Assembly (NCBI GenBank): GCA_016783565.1
Contig: JADHWI010000012.1
Span: 1 to 53,339, forward strand
Length of the DNA: 53,339 nucleotides
Reading direction: 5' to 3'
Source of the DNA: Kiritimatiellia bacterium
GTDB taxonomy: Bacteria > Verrucomicrobiota > Kiritimatiellia > UBA8416 > JADHWI01
Positions within the stretch are counted from its first letter, which is position 1, and every line of letters begins with the position of its first letter. Both the position numbers and the translations under genes were made by a program. This document shows, piece by piece, positions 29,727-38,767 of this stretch. The notes beneath the pieces were generated by a model. It was not told the DNA's origin. It worked only from the letters and a program-made list of their open reading frames with translations, and did not search any database.

Positions 29727-30734
29727 CTAAAATCCTTGCGGATTGCCCGACTGCCAACGCCAGGTATCGGCACACATCTGGTCGATATCTCTGTCTGCGG
29801 ACCATCCAAGTTCTTTTGCCGCCAATGCCGGATCGGCATAACAGGCCGCAATATCTCCCGGCCGCCGATCAACAAGTTTATATGGCACCTTCTTTCCTGA
29901 AGCCTTCTCAAAGGCGGCCACCATCTCCAGCACGCTGTAACCACGCCCTGTTCCAAGATTATACGTCACAACGCCAGGATTCGTTGACAGTTTTTCGACA
30001 GCCTTGAGATGGCCTATCGACAAATCAACAACATGAATATAATCCCTTACACCCGTACCGTCCGGAGTAGGATAATCGCCTCCATAAACAGAAAGTTCCT
30101 CAAGCTTCCCTACCGCAACCTGCGACACATAAGGCATCAAATTGTTGGGAATGTCATTGGGATCTTCTCCTATCCTTCCGCTCCTGTGCGCACCCACCGG
30201 ATTGAAATACCGCAACAATGCAATATTCCAATTATTGTCGGCAACGTAAAGATCCCGCAGGATTTCTTCTATCATCAATTTTGTGCGGCCATAAGGATTC
30301 GTCGCTGACAACGGAAAATCTTCCATGATCGGAACTTTATGCGGATCGCCGTACACCGTTGCCGACGAACTGAACACCAGATTCTTAACTCCATGTTTTG
30401 CCATCACGTCGCATAACAGCAACGTACCGGTAATATTATTATGATAGTAATGCAAAGGAATGCTTACGGACTCACCCACGGCTTTAAGGCCGGCAAAATG
30501 AATAACTGCATCAACCTTGTGCTCAACAAAAACTTTGTCTAAAGCCTCTTTGTCGAGCAAATCCACATGATAGAAATCCAGTACCTTTCCAGTCAACGCC
30601 TGCACTCTCTTAAGGGATTCTTCCTTACTATTGCATAGGTTATCAACCACCACCACCTCATAGCCTGCTTCAAGAAGCTCCAGGCATGTATGACTTCCAA
30701 TATATCCAGACCCGCCAGTGACAAGTATTTTCAT
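29727..30734 (-). CDS. galE: UDP-glucose 4-epimerase
   Basis: [18 protein letters not shown]-binding motif and a YxxxK SDR catalytic motif. Full-length GalE similarity (335 aa). Confidence 0.9.
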   Translation of the reverse strand: MKILVTGGSGYIGSHTCLELLEAGYEVVVVDNLCNSKEESLKRVQALTGKVLDFYHVDLLDKEALDKVFVEHKVDAVIHFAGLKAVGESVSIPLHYYHNNITGTLLLCDVMAKHGVKNLVFSSSATVYGDPHKVPIMEDFPLSATNPYGRTKLMIEEILRDLYVADNNWNIALLRYFNPVGAHRSGRIGEDPNDIPNNLMPYVSQVAVGKLEELSVYGGDYPTPDGTGVRDYIHVVDLSIGHLKAVEKLSTNPGVVTYNLGTGRGYSVLEMVAAFEKASGKKVPYKLVDRRPGDIAACYADPALAAKELGWSADRDIDQMCADTWRWQSGNPQGF

Positions 30735-31000
30735 TTAACGATCTTTCCTGTTGGAACAAAGCAATAAGAAACCGCCTGTCAGCCGGTGCAGGCACGCGCC
30801 CGCTGCAACTAATCTGAAGAACGATTTCACAGGGAGAACAATAGTCGCAGCAGTGCAGCCCTGTCAAGATAGGCACCCTGGCAAGCTTTCTGCGATGCCA
30901 CCCTCTGCAATGGGCAATGCTCAACTCCATGCGACTCTTGCATGCCAGAGCCTGAGAGAGTATAGTTTCTCACAGTGGCAGACGATCAGGAGGTGAGGAT

Positions 31001-31504
31001 TTGGCTAGCGATATTGAAACAGAACAGACTGTGCCCCGATTTTTTATGACACGATCATTCTGGCTGCGTACCGGTCTGTTTGCCCTGGTTGCCTACCTTG
31101 TATTCGGATGGCTGTGCATCCCTATCCATATCCGGGGTACAGACATGGCTCCAACATATAATCCCGGCAACATCACCTTTTGCTGGCGACCACGATTCTG
31201 GATCTCAAAACCAAAACCAGGAGATATTGTCTTTGTTCGCGTACCCAAAACGAAAGCCATGCTCCTGCGACGCGTTATCGCCATATCCGACGATAATGTA
31301 GGATTCTATCACGGTACAGCCGTGATCAATGGCCAACCACTCTCAGAACCCTACGTCCAGAATCCATGCAAGTGGCACTTCCGCCCGGTACCGGTGCAGA
31401 AAAAAAACATCTATGTTGTCGGCGACAACCGCGACATACCGCCCGAACAGGCTGCCTTTGGCGCAGTTGAGACACGCCAGATCATCGGTGCTCCTCTCTG
31501 GTAA
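31001..31504 (+). CDS. Signal peptidase I (S26) homolog in which both catalytic-dyad positions appear substituted
   Basis: TTG start after an AGGAGG RBS. N-terminal TM helix. S26 boxes are recognisable (GTDMAPTY versus the canonical G-D/S-S-M-x-P-T, KPGDIVF, LLRRVIAISDD versus K-R-V/I-I-G-L-P-G-D, YVVGDNRD), but the Ser nucleophile position reads Asp and the Lys general-base position reads Arg. Confidence 0.55.
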   Translation: MASDIETEQTVPRFFMTRSFWLRTGLFALVAYLVFGWLCIPIHIRGTDMAPTYNPGNITFCWRPRFWISKPKPGDIVFVRVPKTKAMLLRRVIAISDDNVGFYHGTAVINGQPLSEPYVQNPCKWHFRPVPVQKKNIYVVGDNRDIPPEQAAFGAVETRQIIGAPLW

Positions 31505-31609
31505 TACGGCCGCAGCTCTGCAATCAAAATAAATGTACAAAGAAAAAAACAAGAAGACAAAAGGCCACCTTTCTGGTAACCTATAGAAAAATTGAGGCAG
31601 GAGAAACCT

Positions 31610-31822
31610 ATGCCTTTTGTCGAAATGCCTGGAGTTGTTGGGCTGGTCTACGTGCCCGAAGAAACACCCGCAGATCAGAAGAAGCATCCATGCGTGGACT
31701 GCGAAGTTTGCCAATGGTGCAGCGACAGCCGTTGCGACTTGTGCCGAAAACAAAGCCCCGCCAACTCCTGCGTCACCGCCAAAAGAACATGCAGAAAATC
31801 AAGATGCTGTCGGGACGGATGA
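31610..31822 (+). CDS. Small Cys-rich hypothetical protein (CxxCxxCxxCx4CxxC), overlapping the 3' end of the convergent histidine kinase gene
   Basis: Good RBS (AGGAG, 9 nt upstream of the ATG). Product MPFVEMPGVVGLVYVPEETPADQKKHPCVDCEVCQWCSDSRCDLCRK... The last 24 nt overlap the kinase gene. Confidence 0.3.
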   Translation: MPFVEMPGVVGLVYVPEETPADQKKHPCVDCEVCQWCSDSRCDLCRKQSPANSCVTAKRTCRKSRCCRDG

Positions 31823-33451
31823 TGCGCGCAACGTCACCCTGAAACAAACTCCGCGCTCCGAAGGAATCAGCTCTACATCTCCCCCGTGCAGTTGCGCCAG
31901 TTCACGTGCAATCCCCAACCCAATCCCCGTTCCACTGGCGCCTTCGTTCACCTTGCTGCTACACCGGAAAAAAGGTTCAAAAACCTTTTTGCGCATACCT
32001 CGCGCAATCCCAGGCCCACGATCAAACACGGCAACCCACACGCGATCACCTTTCTGACCCGTTTCCAGTCGCACCCATTTTCCGTCTGCAGCATATTTCT
32101 CCACATTGCTCAACAGGTTTCCGACGATCTGCTCAACAACATCCGCATCAAAAATACATGGTTTCGGTGCATTCGGTTCGAACTCTATCACGATATTCCT
32201 GGCACCAAGCAGCGGACGAAACGTATCCAGAGTGGATGTCACGCAGGCATCCAGAACCCCTTCTGCCTGATGCAGTTTGAGTCCATTGCGTTGACCCCGT
32301 GCATAGGTAAGCACATTACCAATCAGGCGGGACAGGCGCCGACTCTCACCCACCACCACCTTGACCTGTCGCCTCACACGATCATTTGCATCAGAAAGCC
32401 CTTCATCCAACATCTCGGCGTACAAACGAATATTCGTTAACGGCGTCCTCAACTCGTGCGACACCTGATTTACAAAACTCACGCGTTGCGTGGCCTCTCG
32501 AATATCCCGTGCACTTTCCCGGTAGAAGTAAATACCCAACAACAACAACGCAACAAAGACGGCAACCAGTGCAGCCAGGACATTAAATACCGCACTCCGC
32601 CCCAAACCTGCCATCATCATAGAGGGGGACATATAAACACTAAGGCGCCAACTGGAAAACGGAGCCACGACAGGAATCCAGACAACCGGCTTCTCACCAT
32701 CCCCCGGATCATACACCCCCCACTCATAGATTGGCGCTCCATCCAAATCGCTGAGAACCAGTCGGTCGGGCACCGCATACGATACCGTGAGTTCGCTGCG
32801 AAGGCTACCTCCACCCGCCCACAGCGGTACCTCCGACGCAGGCAAAGACGCAATAACATCCGCCACCATTGCCGCACGGACTACGTCGGCACCCACCACA
32901 TGCCCAGAGGAAAGACGCTGCCAGAAGATGAGCTGCACGCCTTCATCCCGATACCAGGTATGCCAACCGTAGCTGGGCGCAATGCGACGCCCCTTCCCTT
33001 TCCCGCGGACCGGAGCGTTTATCTGGAGGTCCACTTGAACATCCGCCGGATGATAAAACTTCTCGCCGTTGGTCCACAGCGCCCGCGTCCTATCAAGAAA
33101 GTCCCGCTCCCGATCGGTAAGCTCAGGATTATTGCGATCAGGATAAAGTACAGACCCATCCGGCTGAAGCACGAAAAACTGCCGAACAAGCCGACTGCGC
33201 CGACGCAAGGCGCGCAACGATTCATCGTCGAAAGACGCAACATCCGTTGCGCGCAACAACTCCTGTGCGTTCTGCGCAACCAGGCGCGCAATGGACGCAT
33301 TAATCTCACCCAGGCGTGCCTGCAACGAAGCATGAAACCGTTGCTCCACCCCGGCTCGCTCATGGCGCGCCATACGCAACCCCCCAAGGGTGAGCACACC
33401 CAGGGGGATCGCCACAAGCAAGATTAACACAATGAGCAGTTTCGGCTTCAA
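31799..33451 (-). CDS. Sensor histidine kinase (periplasmic sensor domain, TM, HisKA, HATPase_c). No response regulator adjacent.
   Basis: H-box SHELRTPLTNIRLYAEML, N/G boxes ...LLSNVEKYA...DRGPGI...GTGIGLGIARELAQLHGG. N-terminal TM, a ~270-aa periplasmic domain and a second TM. Confidence 0.85.
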   Translation of the reverse strand: MKPKLLIVLILLVAIPLGVLTLGGLRMARHERAGVEQRFHASLQARLGEINASIARLVAQNAQELLRATDVASFDDESLRALRRRSRLVRQFFVLQPDGSVLYPDRNNPELTDRERDFLDRTRALWTNGEKFYHPADVQVDLQINAPVRGKGKGRRIAPSYGWHTWYRDEGVQLIFWQRLSSGHVVGADVVRAAMVADVIASLPASEVPLWAGGGSLRSELTVSYAVPDRLVLSDLDGAPIYEWGVYDPGDGEKPVVWIPVVAPFSSWRLSVYMSPSMMMAGLGRSAVFNVLAALVAVFVALLLLGIYFYRESARDIREATQRVSFVNQVSHELRTPLTNIRLYAEMLDEGLSDANDRVRRQVKVVVGESRRLSRLIGNVLTYARGQRNGLKLHQAEGVLDACVTSTLDTFRPLLGARNIVIEFEPNAPKPCIFDADVVEQIVGNLLSNVEKYAADGKWVRLETGQKGDRVWVAVFDRGPGIARGMRKKVFEPFFRCSSKVNEGASGTGIGLGIARELAQLHGGDVELIPSERGVCFRVTLRASSVPTAS

Positions 33452-33469
33452 ATCATCTCCACTCGACTG

Positions 33470-34798
33470 TTAGCGCACCTTCTGCTGCTGCTTATTGAAA
33501 AATTGGAAACCTCGCATACTCTTGCGCTGGCGAGCCCAACTCTGCTCATCCAGATTTTCCGCATCTTCCGTATTGGCACCGCTATACTCCTGCAACTGAG
33601 GTGCATCCAATTGCTTCGCATTCTCCTCCAGAAAAGCTGCATTCGACAGCAACACCTGCCGCGCTTCCTGAACATCACCCTTGTCGCGCAATTGCACCGC
33701 CAGCTCATTCTTGACTGTCGCAATCTGCGTGACCGCCGCCACCATAGCATCCTTTGACACATTCTCTGCAACCATTTCTTCCGACTCTGAGAATCGCGCA
33801 GAAACGGAACTGGCCAAGCGATCTGTTGTTCTGGTTTCCATGTTGGCATAGCTCACGCTCACCTCAGCTATGCTACGGGTACGACCCTCTGCCGTGGCCG
33901 ACACCTCCACTTCCAGAATCAGGTATTTCTCCTGCTTGCTGTAAAGCTGATTGATGCTCGCCACAACCTTTTGTCCTGAAATATCGGCGTCCCGCCCCAG
34001 CACACGCACTGGACGTACCCCCTTGCCACACTTGATCGTTACGAGCACCTCCTGCGCAACCACCGAAAGCACGTCACCGAACTCCGCGTCGAACAACCGC
34101 GCCAGATCACGCGAACTCTCCGCAAAGTAGCTATTGCCATCACTGCGCTCTGCCAGCAACGCCATCAAATCCTCATTGTAACCCAAACCCAATCCAATCG
34201 TGGTCACACTGATCGACTCCTTGACCAGCGATGCCCCCAGAGCCCCCAGTTCTCCAGGACTGTCCGGCCCCACATTGGCCAAACCGTCAGACAAGAGAAT
34301 CACGCGATTAAAGCGCCTGCGTTCCAGGAATTTCCTCACCTCAGCGGCACCCTTGCTGACTCCCGCAAATAGCGCCGTTGAGCCACCGGCTTCTATACGC
34401 CGGATACCCGCGCGAATCTGCTCCTTATCCGACACCTTTGTTGCCGGCACCAGCACATTCACCTTATCATCGTACGCTATGATCGAAACGATATCCGAAC
34501 TCTTGAGTCGATCCACCACCATGAGCGCCGCTTCCCGGGCCTTTGCAATCTTGTCACCCTGCATAGACCCCGAGCGGTCCAGCACAATGGCCACATTAGC
34601 CGGTGCGCGTGAATGTTCATCCGACATCTCAAACCCGGTCAGCCCAACCTTGATATAGGTCGTCTGCTTCTTGTCGGCCAAAAGAACCGGGTTTGTCAGC
34701 GACAGGTCAAGGTTGACCTGGCTTGCCTCTACGGTCAACACCGTGACCAACGCTCCCACTGCAATTGCCGACCACCTCTTCATTCCCTGAGCCTTCAT
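33470..34798 (-). CDS. Secreted von Willebrand factor type A (VWA) domain protein
   Basis: Signal peptide. MIDAS-containing VWA domain (VAIVLDRSGSM...GGSTAL...ILLSDGLAN). Uncharacterised ~180-aa C-terminal region. Immediately upstream of, and co-directional with, the histidine kinase. Confidence 0.75.
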   Translation of the reverse strand: MKAQGMKRWSAIAVGALVTVLTVEASQVNLDLSLTNPVLLADKKQTTYIKVGLTGFEMSDEHSRAPANVAIVLDRSGSMQGDKIAKAREAALMVVDRLKSSDIVSIIAYDDKVNVLVPATKVSDKEQIRAGIRRIEAGGSTALFAGVSKGAAEVRKFLERRRFNRVILLSDGLANVGPDSPGELGALGASLVKESISVTTIGLGLGYNEDLMALLAERSDGNSYFAESSRDLARLFDAEFGDVLSVVAQEVLVTIKCGKGVRPVRVLGRDADISGQKVVASINQLYSKQEKYLILEVEVSATAEGRTRSIAEVSVSYANMETRTTDRLASSVSARFSESEEMVAENVSKDAMVAAVTQIATVKNELAVQLRDKGDVQEARQVLLSNAAFLEENAKQLDAPQLQEYSGANTEDAENLDEQSWARQRKSMRGFQFFNKQQQKVR

Positions 34799-35069
34799 AC
34801 CTCACCTCCTCCTGCTTTCGCCGAATTGCTTCCCGGCGACGCTTCACCCTCTCACAAGGGTAACCTGTTTATCGGATCACCTCAACCCGATCATCACTCT
34901 GATTGAACACCCTCTACCGAAACAGGTGGTCAGCCCCCTGTCAGATGATTGTAAGAGTTTTGTAAACAATGAGACGGCCATTCTCTGCAGACGACACAAG
35001 CCAGCACCTCGCGCACACCAAACCATTTCTCGCAACGGCTTGGCATTGCAGCCATGGCAACGACGCTAT

Positions 35070-36887
35070 ATGATGACGCGAATGAAAAAGGAATCGCACA
35101 AGTCAAAACACTGGCAACGACTACTGTGGGTAATACCGGCAGTGATCACGCTTGCGGTTCATCTTGCATTCGTTTTCGAAACAAAAAACAACGACTCGTT
35201 CCGCTTTCCCCTGATTGATGCGGCCACGTACCACCGCCAGGCGGCAGGTGCAGCGGCGGGACACCCGCTGGCACCAGGCCCATTCTGGCAACCACCTCTG
35301 TACCCCTTTGCGCTGTCACTCGTATACCGAGCAGCCGGTCAAGGGATGCTGACGGTCCGCATACTGCAGGCCCTGTTGAGCGCACTAACCAGCATTCTCA
35401 CATATCTCGCAGCACGACACATACTCAGCCGACCACTGGCAATACTGGCCAGCAGCCTTGTAGGAATATACGGGCCTTTCCTCTTTTTTTCGTCCCAACT
35501 CCTACCCACCGGTGCGGCGGCGACCTTCAATATTGGGGCTATGGCTACATGCCTATCCTGGCTTAAAAAGCCCCACTGGGGCAAAGCCCTGGGCGCAGGC
35601 ATACTCATCGGGCTGGGCGCGCTGACCGTTCCCAACATCCTGTTCGTTCTTCCGGCTGTACTGATTCTCGTCTTTGTCATGCACCGTCAAACACAAACAT
35701 CCGGAACGGGTAGAACCATTGCCTGCCTGCTGATGGGAACGGCGATCACAATCTTACCCGTCACCGTTCGCAACTGGCTGGTCTCAGGCCAATGCGTTCC
35801 AATCTCCACAAACGGCGGTATCAACCTTTACATCGGCAACAACCCGGACCGCGCCAAGACCATCGCCATTCGACCCGGGATCGAATGGGATCGTTTTGCA
35901 TCCACCCCTCTGAGAGAAGGCGTCGCCAGGACACCTGCAGAATCACAACAGTATTTTGTTCGCAAAACATTGCGTTATATACGCACGCAACCGAGTGCCT
36001 TTCTTGCCGGGATCGGCATCAAAGTCCGGCACATGCTAAGCGGACCTGAAATTCCACGCAACACGGACCTCTATGCGTTTCGACAGGAATCCATTATTCT
36101 CAAACTGCTGACCTGGCGACTTGGACCTTTTGGGTTTCCGTTTGGCATCATGGGCCCCCTGGCTATCATTGGAGCATTTCTCATGATGCGACATGGCACC
36201 CGCTCTTTATTGCCGGCGGTATGGATACTCCTCTACCTGGCTTCCGTTGTGCTGTTCTTTCCTGCCGGCAGATACCTCATCCCGATCGTACCCTGTATGT
36301 TAATCGCCGCTGTCGTCGCCGGCAGAGATGCCATAAGCGGACTGACCCACACCACCTGTCGAGACGTGAAGCCAGCCGCACTGGCTCTGTGCCTTATGGT
36401 GATTTTTGCAATCCCGGTCACCGTGCCCACTGCAGAAATTGATTTTGAATCCGAACGCCTGCTCTACACCGGCATCGCACTACAGGTACGAGGCGAAAAA
36501 GAAGCCGCCCTGGCTCAGTACGAGGCTGCAATTGAGAACGGACCACTGATCGCCGATACATGGTTTCACCGCGGGACATTGCTGCGCGAAATTGGCAAAC
36601 CCACCGAAGCCATGGCCTCACACCTCAAGGCACTGCAGCTCAACCCGGAACACACCCGCGCAATGAACGATCTGGCCGTGCTGCTTTTCAACAGCAAGAA
36701 GACAGAAGAAGCCGTTACGCTGCTGCGCCGCTCAATTGAGCTGGACCCGATCAACCGGCAAACCATAAACAACCTGGCCATCGGATTACTTGCTCAGGGC
36801 AAGATCGATGAAGCCAACTTATGGCGCATCAAGGCAGGACAAATGCCGGTCAAAGATGTGGTATACGACGGAAAAGCAAAGCGATAG
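35070..36887 (+). CDS. GT-C-fold membrane glycosyltransferase (PMT/ArnT-like family 39 type) with C-terminal TPR repeats
   Basis: About 11 TM helices with a first-loop acidic/aromatic region (RFPLIDAATYHRQA). C-terminal TPR-like repeats (YEAAIENGPLIADTWFHRGTLLREIGKPTEAMASHLKALQLNPEHTRAMNDLAVLLFNSKKTEEAVTLLRRSIELDP). Start uncertain. The ORF track starts at 34926. Confidence 0.58.
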   Translation: MMTRMKKESHKSKHWQRLLWVIPAVITLAVHLAFVFETKNNDSFRFPLIDAATYHRQAAGAAAGHPLAPGPFWQPPLYPFALSLVYRAAGQGMLTVRILQALLSALTSILTYLAARHILSRPLAILASSLVGIYGPFLFFSSQLLPTGAAATFNIGAMATCLSWLKKPHWGKALGAGILIGLGALTVPNILFVLPAVLILVFVMHRQTQTSGTGRTIACLLMGTAITILPVTVRNWLVSGQCVPISTNGGINLYIGNNPDRAKTIAIRPGIEWDRFASTPLREGVARTPAESQQYFVRKTLRYIRTQPSAFLAGIGIKVRHMLSGPEIPRNTDLYAFRQESIILKLLTWRLGPFGFPFGIMGPLAIIGAFLMMRHGTRSLLPAVWILLYLASVVLFFPAGRYLIPIVPCMLIAAVVAGRDAISGLTHTTCRDVKPAALALCLMVIFAIPVTVPTAEIDFESERLLYTGIALQVRGEKEAALAQYEAAIENGPLIADTWFHRGTLLREIGKPTEAMASHLKALQLNPEHTRAMNDLAVLLFNSKKTEEAVTLLRRSIELDPINRQTINNLAIGLLAQGKIDEANLWRIKAGQMPVKDVVYDGKAKR

Positions 36888-36967
36888 TCACGTTCTTCAT
36901 CAAGCTGAAAAAGACGGCCACTCGCTCACGCTCGTAGCTACACCGGGAATACCGCCGTGCCGGATGC

Positions 36968-37204
36968 TTACATATCGCCGCAACAACCGCCACCGCCACA
37001 GCCGGTGCCCGCCGTGGGGCAGACTTCGCACGCTTCCCGCGAGACGGTTGATCCGGCAGCCATGGATACAGCAAAAGAGGAAAACGCCTTCACAGGCTTA
37101 CCCTTGCCGCAGGCAGGGCATTTCTTCGGATAATCCTTCTCATTACGGATCAATACATCAAATTGATGCCGACACTTGTCACACGTATATTCATAAATTG
37201 GCAT
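36968..37204 (-). CDS. FmdB-family zinc-ribbon protein (CxxC...CxxC putative regulatory protein)
   Basis: N-terminus MPIYEYTCDKCRHQFDVL...KCPACG is the FmdB/CxxC_CxxC_SSSS signature. Gly/Cys-rich C-terminal tail. Confidence 0.6.
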   Translation of the reverse strand: MPIYEYTCDKCRHQFDVLIRNEKDYPKKCPACGKGKPVKAFSSFAVSMAAGSTVSREACEVCPTAGTGCGGGGCCGDM

Positions 37205-37328
37205 AATCACCTCTCCTCAAAACGTACATAATACCCAACTGCCACGGTCAACGCCAAGCTCTTCTTGCATGAACGCTTCCCTCACCTATAATGCCCTGCA
37301 ACGCAAACCATGAAAGAGAGACACCTTG

Positions 37329-38753
37329 ATGAACGTCACGCATGTTGCAGTTCGCCCCACCCAGACCGCCATTGATGCCGGAACACCTGCACTGACGCCT
37401 GAATTGCTTGCAGCCACAGGGGCGCGATATTCGCGCAGCAATGACGGCTTGCAGGCCATTCTGGACCGCATCGATCCCGAACAACCCGACAAGTCCGTGG
37501 ACACGATCTTCCGAATGATTGACTATGGCCACCAATCAATCGCGGATATGGCACCCGTTGCAATGTTTCTCGACACTATCAGCATCCAGTTGGCCTATTA
37601 TGTCTGGAGTGTGTGCAGCACTGCCGGTGGCCAGGAATCCTCCACTCGCTATCTTGATCTGTCCGGTGCCGCCCTACCCGACCCAGAATCACTGGGCATT
37701 CCCCCTGCACTGCATTCAGAATGGCGCGACGCGCTCACGGGTTGCTTCGAGGCATACGACACCGCCTTGAATGCGTGGCGACAACTCGCCGAAGCACAGC
37801 CCGAGCGTACACGAATTCCTCGCGAACTGCTTGAAGACGACAGTCCCAAAGCACACAAAGCAGTAGCCCGCATGCGCCGCAACTACGCGTTTGACCGCGC
37901 TCGCTATTTTCTGCCGGCTGCCGTTCCTACAAACATGATGCTGGTTATGTCCGCCCGCGGCTGGACACAACTGTGTCAGGATCTCGCCTCTCACATACTC
38001 CCTGAAGCGCGCGCACTGGCCGCAGCCATTCAGAACGAACTGACACTTTGCACACCCAGACTGGTGAAACACGCCTGTTGTCAGCCCTCGACGGAACGCG
38101 GGTTGCAGCAACAATTCGAAGGCTGGATACAACAAGCTAACCGCGGACTGCCGGAACCGCTGAGTGCCGGGACAGCTGATGCCAGCCATCCGGACACGGC
38201 TCACCTTTCCGTCTTTGCACCCGACAATGTCGACCCCAATAGCTTCACAGTCGATCTGGCTCATCATGAAACCCGCTATGCATGGATGGGACATGGGCTA
38301 CGACGTACAGCCGTTCGTTTTGGATGGGATGCAGTATCACTAGCCGAACTGCGTGACCTGAACCGCCACCGAACCGGCACAAAGTACTGCCCGCTGGTTC
38401 CGCTTGGATTTTACGCAGCCGCTGATCAAGTGCCGCTGGACAGCCCCGCTTCCGCAACATTGAATGCCACACTCCCCGACCTGATCAGCGTCGGGCAGGG
38501 AATCACCCGTCGCGCCCACGAACTTCTCGCAAGCGGTGACCCGTCGTATGTTTATTGGACCGTGCTCGGCACGCAGTATGCATTCGAGCACACCACCACA
38601 GCAGACAAATTCATTTATGAGGCCGAGCTGCGTACTGGCGTGGGATCACATTATCGTTACGCGAAACACCTGCATGACAGCCTTGAACTCTGGTACGAAA
38701 AATTTCCAGACACAAAAGCCTTGATCCTTGAAGGCAGTGCAGAACCCGAGTAG
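37329..38753 (+). CDS. thyX: Flavin-dependent thymidylate synthase ThyX-like protein, tandem-duplicated ThyX domains (~475 aa)
   Basis: Both halves align by eye to the ThyX fold: GHQSIADM...W...ESSTRY...ARGW..L......SH in half 1, and RHRTGTKY...YWTV...R.G.GSHYRY in half 2. The canonical RHR motif is present only in half 2 (LNRHRTGTKY). The S-x-R-Y motif is present only in half 1 (ESSTRY). Confidence 0.6.
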   Translation: MNVTHVAVRPTQTAIDAGTPALTPELLAATGARYSRSNDGLQAILDRIDPEQPDKSVDTIFRMIDYGHQSIADMAPVAMFLDTISIQLAYYVWSVCSTAGGQESSTRYLDLSGAALPDPESLGIPPALHSEWRDALTGCFEAYDTALNAWRQLAEAQPERTRIPRELLEDDSPKAHKAVARMRRNYAFDRARYFLPAAVPTNMMLVMSARGWTQLCQDLASHILPEARALAAAIQNELTLCTPRLVKHACCQPSTERGLQQQFEGWIQQANRGLPEPLSAGTADASHPDTAHLSVFAPDNVDPNSFTVDLAHHETRYAWMGHGLRRTAVRFGWDAVSLAELRDLNRHRTGTKYCPLVPLGFYAAADQVPLDSPASATLNATLPDLISVGQGITRRAHELLASGDPSYVYWTVLGTQYAFEHTTTADKFIYEAELRTGVGSHYRYAKHLHDSLELWYEKFPDTKALILEGSAEPE

Positions 38754-38767
38754 CAAGCGACCCAACG

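Noticed and set aside
30735-31000. 265-bp gap between galE and the signal-peptidase-like gene, with two small ORFs (30751-30996 plus strand, 30670-30930 minus strand), as a possible ncRNA or gene
   Set aside because: No conserved RNA motifs (SRP, 6S, RNase P) were recognisable. The small ORFs have no RBS and low-complexity products. This is most likely a divergent promoter region.
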